64,000 nucleotides of DNA, taken from sequence record MT939492.1. The stretch is one strand, 5' to 3'. Made by a program: the position numbers and the translations under genes. The notes beneath the pieces were generated by a model, which saw only the letters and a list, made by a program, of their open reading frames with translations, was not told the origin of the DNA and did no database searches. Shown here piece after piece: positions 58,699-64,000 of this stretch (its first letter is position 1; each line of letters opens with the position of its first letter).

Positions 58699-58860
58699 AT
58701 GTTGAAAACCCTCCTGGCTGTTGCCGGCGTCGTTGCTGTTGGCGCTGTCGCTTACACCCTGATCAATGATGGTCAGGGGAGCGCCGACCATCCGGTCGTC
58801 GACGGGGAGTTGCCGGCTCCGGATACGGGTGGCGAACAGTCCACCGCTCCGGCCATCTGA
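58699..58860 (+). CDS. Small (53 aa) signal-anchor protein missed by the ORF track
   Basis: Translated by hand: MLKTLLAVAGVVAVGAVAYTLINDGQGSADHPVVDGELPAPDTGGEQSTAPAI*; first ORF after the early promoter. Confidence 0.6.
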   Translation: MLKTLLAVAGVVAVGAVAYTLINDGQGSADHPVVDGELPAPDTGGEQSTAPAI

Positions 58861-59067
58861 GCAAGAAGCAGTAAAGCCTTACACCCATAAGCTATCATCT
58901 GGGTGTAAATACTTAGATACCCTCTGGCGTCCTGTAGCGTCTCCTAAGAGACTTGGACATTACGATTGATGGACGTTCCTACGCCTATCCCCGTAGCTCA
59001 TACGGGACGTTCCAGAGCGTTCTAACCCGCAGTACCATGTCCCATCAACAAGAGCACAAAAAGCACA
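58861..59067 (+). promoter_or_regulatory. Structured intergenic/leader RNA candidate
   Basis: 9-bp hairpin, a 15-bp bulged helix enclosing two hairpins, and possible pseudoknot pairing (see findings). Confidence 0.4.
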
Positions 59068-60318
59068 ATGAACACCGAAACCCCGAACAACGAAAAGCTG
59101 CTCGAACTGGCCAAGGCCTTCCTGTCCAACCCGAGCAAGGAAACCCACGACGCCTTCCTCGCTGAAGACCTGAAGGGCACCGCTGGTGGCGGCGATGTGA
59201 TCACCTACTCCGAAGGCTTCTTCGGCGACGGCCTGGTCAAGGACATCTCCGCACGCTTCCCGGAAGCTGCTGCCTTCGCCGGCATCCCGGGCTACGCCGT
59301 GAGCACCGAAGCCGCTCCGGTCGCCGATGCTGCTGATGCCGAGTTCGCTGCCGATGCCGACGGCACCACTGCCCAGGCTGGTTCGATCGAGCCGGCTGTG
59401 CGTGAAGCCGTCCTGTCGTTCCTGGCCCACCCGAACGAAGAAACCTACAACGGCTACTTCGTGGCACTGGCCCAGACCGGCGGCGCCGGCACCCCGGACG
59501 AGTACTCGCTGGAAGCCCAGGAAAAGCTGGCCGCCCACCTGGCCGAGTTCTACCCGAGCCTGGCCGAAGAAGCCGACGAGTCGCTGGTGAGCGCCGACCA
59601 GGAATCCACCCTGGAAAAGATCGACGCCATCATCATCGATACCTCGGTGGAAACCGAAACCCGCCTGGGTCAGCTGAACTCCGAGCTGTTCGCAACCGAT
59701 GAACTGGTGCGTGGCGCCTACTGCCAGGCCCTGGGCATCAGCCCGAACAACTACGAGTCCGAGCAGCAGCTGGTCGATGCCCTGGCCGAAGCCCTGATCG
59801 CCCTGGAAGGTCCGACCATCGGCGAAGTCCGCCTGGCCACGACCCAGTCCCTGCAGAACAACGTTCGCATCAAGCGCGAGCTGGAAATCAAGCAGGCCCA
59901 GGCCGACCACGTGGAAGGCCGTCTGGATCGTCGCGTGCGTGGCAAGATCTCGGCGATCATGACCAACCGCTACAACTTCCAGCACCGCTTCGGCACCCTG
60001 CACACCCCGGGCGCCTGGGCTGCATCGGACCTGCTGGCCACGGCGATCTCCGAGCACTTCGAGCTGCTGCAGGGCAACGAAGAAGTGACCGAAGAAATCA
60101 TCGAAGCCATGCTGGCCCAGCTGGAAACCGGTGGCGCTGCCCTGACCGCCGAGTTCGAAGCTGCCACCCGTGGTGAAGCTGCCATCGGCTACCTGGACCG
60201 CTTCGCCTCCTTCCGTGCCCGGCCGTCGCGCTCGGCACCGGCCGCTGCTGAAGCTACCCCGGTGGCTGAAGTGGCTGAAGGTGTGGCCGCTGTGGCTGAC
60301 GAAGGCCCGGCTGCGTAA
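59068..60318 (+). CDS. Acidic Ala-rich protein with internal duplication (416 aa)
   Basis: Extreme codon bias; two related segments LAKAFLSNPSKETHDAF and AVLSFLAHPNEETYNGY. Confidence 0.8.
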   Translation: MNTETPNNEKLLELAKAFLSNPSKETHDAFLAEDLKGTAGGGDVITYSEGFFGDGLVKDISARFPEAAAFAGIPGYAVSTEAAPVADAADAEFAADADGTTAQAGSIEPAVREAVLSFLAHPNEETYNGYFVALAQTGGAGTPDEYSLEAQEKLAAHLAEFYPSLAEEADESLVSADQESTLEKIDAIIIDTSVETETRLGQLNSELFATDELVRGAYCQALGISPNNYESEQQLVDALAEALIALEGPTIGEVRLATTQSLQNNVRIKRELEIKQAQADHVEGRLDRRVRGKISAIMTNRYNFQHRFGTLHTPGAWAASDLLATAISEHFELLQGNEEVTEEIIEAMLAQLETGGAALTAEFEAATRGEAAIGYLDRFASFRARPSRSAPAAAEATPVAEVAEGVAAVADEGPAA

Positions 60319-60337
60319 CTGTACTACCGCGTGCTTC

Positions 60338-60377
60338 CACTGGGGAGGAGGGGACTTCGGTCCTCTCCTTCCTGGTG
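60338..60377 (+). terminator. GGAGGAGGGAC-TTCG-GTCCTCTCCTTCC hairpin
   Basis: UUCG-capped stem after the 59068 gene; coordinates approximate. Confidence 0.65.
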
Positions 60378-60609
60378 GTTTTATGTCTGTAGTAAAAAAT
60401 TACTCCACACCCCTTTTATCTGAATGGAACTTTCCTCTCGGGGGAAACCATTTAAAGGAAGGGGGTATGTGCAGAAACTTTAGGGAGGGGGTAGAGGAGG
60501 CGTAGCGTAGCTACTAGCCTCCGGGAATGTCTTCTATGCCCTGTACAAGCCTTAGGCGCCCACCTTGGAGTATAAACTGACTTAGGAAGGGGATAGTACG
60601 ATCCTATCA

Positions 60610-60960
60610 GTGGATGCTCATGAGTACCTAGTCGTGTCTAGTAAAGCAAACCAATTCAGTCAGTTGAAACCAGCTGCACTGAAGAAGAACCTCAAGTTAC
60701 CCTACTTCAACAATCAGCGTGGGGATGACGCTGACTACACCACCGGTATGAAAGCCTATCGACTGGCTGACCGCAAGCTATACCAACTTTTGAAACAATC
60801 ACCTGAGCACAGTGACGTACGGCGATATTTGAACCATGCCTACGAACGACTGCTCGACTGTATGCCCCAGCCCAGTACAGCCCGCAGAGCTACCAGCCTG
60901 CAGGACTACCTGACTCAGCTGGAGGCTTTGATTGAAGTCTGTGAGGCAGCTGCCAGCTAA
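60610..60960 (+). CDS. Hypothetical protein (116 aa, GTG start)
   Basis: Open frame with atypical codon usage. Confidence 0.5.
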   Translation: MDAHEYLVVSSKANQFSQLKPAALKKNLKLPYFNNQRGDDADYTTGMKAYRLADRKLYQLLKQSPEHSDVRRYLNHAYERLLDCMPQPSTARRATSLQDYLTQLEALIEVCEAAAS

Positions 60961-61000
60961 TCCTGTGTAGCTTACTCACTCACCTAGTTTGGAGTCTTCC

Positions 61001-61474
61001 ATGCGTGACCTTTCCTCCCTGCTCGACCCCAGCGCTGATGCCTCCAGCCGCGTGGACATCCATGCCGTCCAGAACGAGGACAGCCTCTGGCAGCAGTACC
61101 TGACCCAGAACTTGCAGATGAGCAAGGTCTACGTCATGGACGCAGCTGTCTCTGCCGAGAGCATCTCGATGGAAACCCAGCAGCTGGAACAGGCTGCACT
61201 GGCAGAAGCGGCTGAAGAAAACCCGGTCTACCCGATCCAGCTGTACGTGCTGGAGAACGGGCAGGACTACACCGAGATCCATCGTGTGCTGACCAAGGCG
61301 CACTCTGATCCGGACCACACTGTGATCGTGCTGCTGGCTCCCCAGAGCACGGACACCGAAGTCAAGGGCGATGCGGCACAGCTGCTGTCGGTCCACGACC
61401 AGATGGTGGGCAGTGGCGCCAAGGTCTATACCACGATCGAAGAAGCCACCGACTACCTGAACTCGCTGGTGTAA
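61001..61474 (+). CDS. Possible nucleoside 2-deoxyribosyltransferase-like (flavodoxin-like fold) protein
   Basis: Likely start ATG 61001 (GGAG upstream). QLYVL..EIHRVL..TVIVLL..GAKVYTTIEEATDYL resembles the C-terminal half of NDT-like proteins; weak, by eye. Confidence 0.45.
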   Translation: MRDLSSLLDPSADASSRVDIHAVQNEDSLWQQYLTQNLQMSKVYVMDAAVSAESISMETQQLEQAALAEAAEENPVYPIQLYVLENGQDYTEIHRVLTKAHSDPDHTVIVLLAPQSTDTEVKGDAAQLLSVHDQMVGSGAKVYTTIEEATDYLNSLV

Positions 61475-61486
61475 AAGCCAGAAGTG

Positions 61487-61518
61487 CTGGGCAGGCCTTC
61501 GGGTCTGCTCAGTATGCC
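61487..61518 (+). terminator. CTGGGCAGGCC-TTCG-GGTCTGCTCAG-TATGCC hairpin
   Basis: Stem-loop followed by TATGCC. Confidence 0.65.
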
Positions 61519-61575
61519 GTAAAAAGTGAAGTAACCCCCTCTAGCTATGAACCAACCCAAAAGGAGTAGTACCCC

Positions 61576-62163
61576 ATGAAGCGCAGTCACTATCCGCTGA
61601 ACCCGCTGTGCCACCTGGCCGCTATCGGCTACTGCTTCCCGGACGAGGCCTTCCTCACCCGTGAAGGTGCCCCGAACCTGTTCGATGGTTCGATGGCTCG
61701 CCCGATGGCCACCCACCTGCTGCACTGGTTGGCTCAGGAGGAGAAGTTCCTCAAGCACCTGCCCGATGACCGCAAGGACTTGTTCTTCAAGGCCGTGGTG
61801 ATCGACCAGGAACTGCGGGTCAACGTCTACCACGCTTTCGGTCCGGAAGACGTCAACGAATGCCAGCTGGACACCAAGCCGATCTTCTCCTCGACCTGGG
61901 TCAGCGACGGCGAGTTCCGTTGGCTGGTCACCCCGATCCTGCACAACCACGTCGGCAAGCGCAGCTTCTTCAGCGGCAAGCCCAAGCGCACGATCGAAGC
62001 CCAGCTGATCAACATGCCCAGCACGGCCAAGCGCTATCGTCCGACCGAACCGTTCAGCTCGTTCAAGATGCGCCTGAACGACAACCAGCTGGCCATGGTG
62101 CGTGCTCGCATGTCGGCCACCCAGGTGATCAACGGCGACGTCTACGACACCGCTGCAGCATAA
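61576..62163 (+). CDS. Hypothetical protein (195 aa)
   Basis: AAGGAG RBS and strong codon bias. Confidence 0.75.
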   Translation: MKRSHYPLNPLCHLAAIGYCFPDEAFLTREGAPNLFDGSMARPMATHLLHWLAQEEKFLKHLPDDRKDLFFKAVVIDQELRVNVYHAFGPEDVNECQLDTKPIFSSTWVSDGEFRWLVTPILHNHVGKRSFFSGKPKRTIEAQLINMPSTAKRYRPTEPFSSFKMRLNDNQLAMVRARMSATQVINGDVYDTAAA

Positions 62164-62166
62164 TGA

Positions 62167-62214
62167 CTATGGGGGAGCCTTCGGGCTCCCCCTAGCTCTA
62201 TCCTCTTTTTTTTT
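62167..62214 (+). terminator. GGGGGAGCC-TTCG-GGCTCCCCC hairpin with downstream T-run
   Basis: Stem-loop after the 61576 gene. Confidence 0.7.
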
Positions 62215-62223
62215 GGGTCGCTT

Positions 62224-62577
62224 ATGCCTATCAACCACTACGACGTCGTGAGCGCACTTGACCTTCCCGTCGTCGATATCGGAATCGGTATCATCCAGCG
62301 CAACATCGCCAAGATCATCGAGGCCATGAGCCGCGAGTTCGAAGTGAAGGATCTGCGCATCACCATTCAGATCACCAAAGAAGACTTCGTGGATGTGGAT
62401 ATCCACGAGATCGTCTGTGCTCTGCCGCCCAATGATTTCCAGGGGCGCCTGATGCGGGCGGTGCGCTGCGAATTGCCTCGCATCAAGAAGCAGAACGTCA
62501 ACCTGATCACCATCCGCGGTCGGATCAATTATGCCGACAAGCGTGTGATCACTGTCCTCGCCCACACGGCGGCATAA
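62224..62577 (+). CDS. Hypothetical protein (117 aa)
   Basis: Open frame ending in GCA TAA within the GGCATA motif. Confidence 0.6.
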   Translation: MPINHYDVVSALDLPVVDIGIGIIQRNIAKIIEAMSREFEVKDLRITIQITKEDFVDVDIHEIVCALPPNDFQGRLMRAVRCELPRIKKQNVNLITIRGRINYADKRVITVLAHTAA

Positions 62578-62605
62578 GAGGAGGGGCAAGTGCCCCTCCT
62601 CTATG
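62571..62605. terminator. GGCATA-AGAGGAGGGGC-AAGT-GCCCCTCCTCT-ATG hairpin
   Basis: 11-bp stem between convergent genes. Confidence 0.75.
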
Positions 62606-62608
62606 TCC

Positions 62609-63412
62609 TTAACGACCCGAGGCCATCAAGTGCTTGAGACTGCGCTTCTTCTGTTCGTAGTCGCCCAGTACCGAGGTGACCTTCCATTCCTTCTGCAAGA
62701 ACTCCTGGTACAGCTCTTCGGCATCTGCGTAGCGCTCAACGACGTTCTTGAACGCACCGATGCTGAAACCACCACGGATCTCACCTTCGTCGATGAGGAT
62801 TTCCAGGTGGTTGAAGATGTAGGCCTTGGTGGCCAACTTGGCACCCTTGGTGAAACGATGCCAGCTGCGCGGGTTCAGTGAGGAGAACTCAGCGTCGTAG
62901 GCCACGATTGCACGCAGGAAGATGTTGCGCGGCAGCGCCATGTTGTCTTCCACGCAGATCACATTCCGACCCACCAGTCGCACGTAGGCGGTGGAGACCA
63001 GCGGGATCGGCAGGTGTGACGACAGGATACCCGAGGCAGCATCGAGCATCGGCGAATGGCCACGCATGCCCATGTTGGTGGTGCCCATGATCGTGCCTTC
63101 ACCGAAGGTCACGTTCAGAGGCTGGATGATGTCGCGGTTGTTGGTGAGTCGATCCGGGATCTCGTAGATCACACGGAACTCATCAGCGTACTGCGGTTGC
63201 AAACCCACCAGAGGAATGGTCACCTCATGACCGCCGGTCAGGTTCAGGTCTTCGATCAGACGACCGTAAAAGACCTTCTCACGCAGACCAACTTCGTAGT
63301 TGATCGGAGCGCGGTAGCCGTCGTAGCGCGAGGGCGGGTTGAACGTTTCTTCGAGAATCTGCTCCGGAATCGTCGCTGCGATTTCGCGCAATGCTTTGTT
63401 GATGACGGACAT
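62609..63412 (-). CDS. Conserved phiKZ-like virion structural protein
   Basis: Likely start MSVINKAL (GGAGG upstream); IPEQILEETF..DLNLTGG motif. Confidence 0.65.
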   Translation of the reverse strand: MSVINKALREIAATIPEQILEETFNPPSRYDGYRAPINYEVGLREKVFYGRLIEDLNLTGGHEVTIPLVGLQPQYADEFRVIYEIPDRLTNNRDIIQPLNVTFGEGTIMGTTNMGMRGHSPMLDAASGILSSHLPIPLVSTAYVRLVGRNVICVEDNMALPRNIFLRAIVAYDAEFSSLNPRSWHRFTKGAKLATKAYIFNHLEILIDEGEIRGGFSIGAFKNVVERYADAEELYQEFLQKEWKVTSVLGDYEQKKRSLKHLMASGR

Positions 63413-63491
63413 GGCGCCTCCTGGTTTCAATTTCTACACCCCAGACGATGCTATGAACCGTAGGGTGAACTCATATGAAAGGGGCTGTTCA

Positions 63492-63890
63492 ATGAACTTG
63501 GAAGAGTATCTGTTCAACCGCATGGCCGAGGAGGCTGCGGAGATCACGCAGGCATGCACGAAGATCCAGTCCTTCGGTAAGGATCACCGTGTTCCTTCCA
63601 ACCGCATGATCGCTACCGATGCCTTGGTGGCCGAGATCAACGACGTGCTGGGTGTGGCCGATTTCCTCAAGGAATGCGGTATCGAACTGTTCGGTATCGG
63701 CAAGCCGTCTGCCCGCAAGGCCAAGATCCAGAAGATCCTCGCCTACATGCAGGTGTCCATCGACGCCGGCAAGCTGACCCTCACTGACGCTCAGCTCGAA
63801 CACCTCAACGCCATGAACGAAGGCCGTCCCCTGATGCACCGTCGTTCTGATCCGGTGGTGGCAACCTTCGAGCAAAAGGAAACCGCATGA
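63492..63890 (+). CDS. MazG-like nucleotide pyrophosphohydrolase
   Basis: Likely start MNLEEYL at 63492; the AEEAAEI..(x)n..AEINDV acidic motif pattern of the all-alpha NTP-PPase/MazG fold. Confidence 0.65.
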   Translation: MNLEEYLFNRMAEEAAEITQACTKIQSFGKDHRVPSNRMIATDALVAEINDVLGVADFLKECGIELFGIGKPSARKAKIQKILAYMQVSIDAGKLTLTDAQLEHLNAMNEGRPLMHRRSDPVVATFEQKETA

Positions 63891-64000
63891 CCAGCTTGTT
63901 CGTCTGTGACAAGTGCAACACGGTGGACACGACCGTGGCAGCCTACCCCAGCGGCAACTTCAATCTGGCAGCCATGAAGTGCACCAAGTGCCAGACCGGC
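63887..64000 (+). CDS. Putative zinc-binding protein (partial)
   Basis: ATGA overlap; MTSLFVCDKC...MKCTKCQ has two CxxC pairs; truncated by the window end. Confidence 0.55.
   Translation, partial: MTSLFVCDKCNTVDTTVAAYPSGNFNLAAMKCTKCQTG

Noticed and set aside
58766-59165. Track ORFs 58766..58969 and 58953..59165
   Set aside because: Out of frame with the better-supported 58699..58860 and 59068..60318 genes; no RBS; they overlap the structured leader.
1-64000. Chimallin (nuclear shell) and PhuZ tubulin genes
   Set aside because: Expected in this phage group, but no ORF in this window shows a tubulin signature or can be supported as chimallin.

Overview
This window is from a GC-rich phiKZ-related (Chimalliviridae-like) jumbo phage genome. 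It holds the conserved virion and transcription core: two NPH-VTKAQVGLG-repeat tail-fibre genes, RNase HI, a central spike-like protein, an SbcC/Rad50 ATPase, a UvsX/RecA-like recombinase, three virion RNA polymerase subunits (gp149-, gp180- and gp178-like, one with the DFDGD motif), a 2428-aa tail protein with a lytic transglycosylase domain, the prohead protease, tail sheath and tube, and the large terminase. phiKZ gp numbers are inferred from remembered motifs, sizes and gene order, not from a database search. Most of the other long ORFs in the supplied track are antisense shadows of these genes. The most unexpected element is a ~560-nt gene-free, lower-GC segment (~41746-42303) directly after the protease gene. 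It can be folded by eye into many hairpins and several long-range helices, with G-U pairs favouring the + strand, so it is a candidate large structured ncRNA. Other notable items are a second structured leader (58861-59067), a DUF5675/L,D-peptidase-like domain next to the transglycosylase in the giant tail protein, a tandem pair of NADAR-like genes, a family of CATA-hairpin-TATG elements between convergent genes, and a repeated early-promoter motif in front of the accessory islands.
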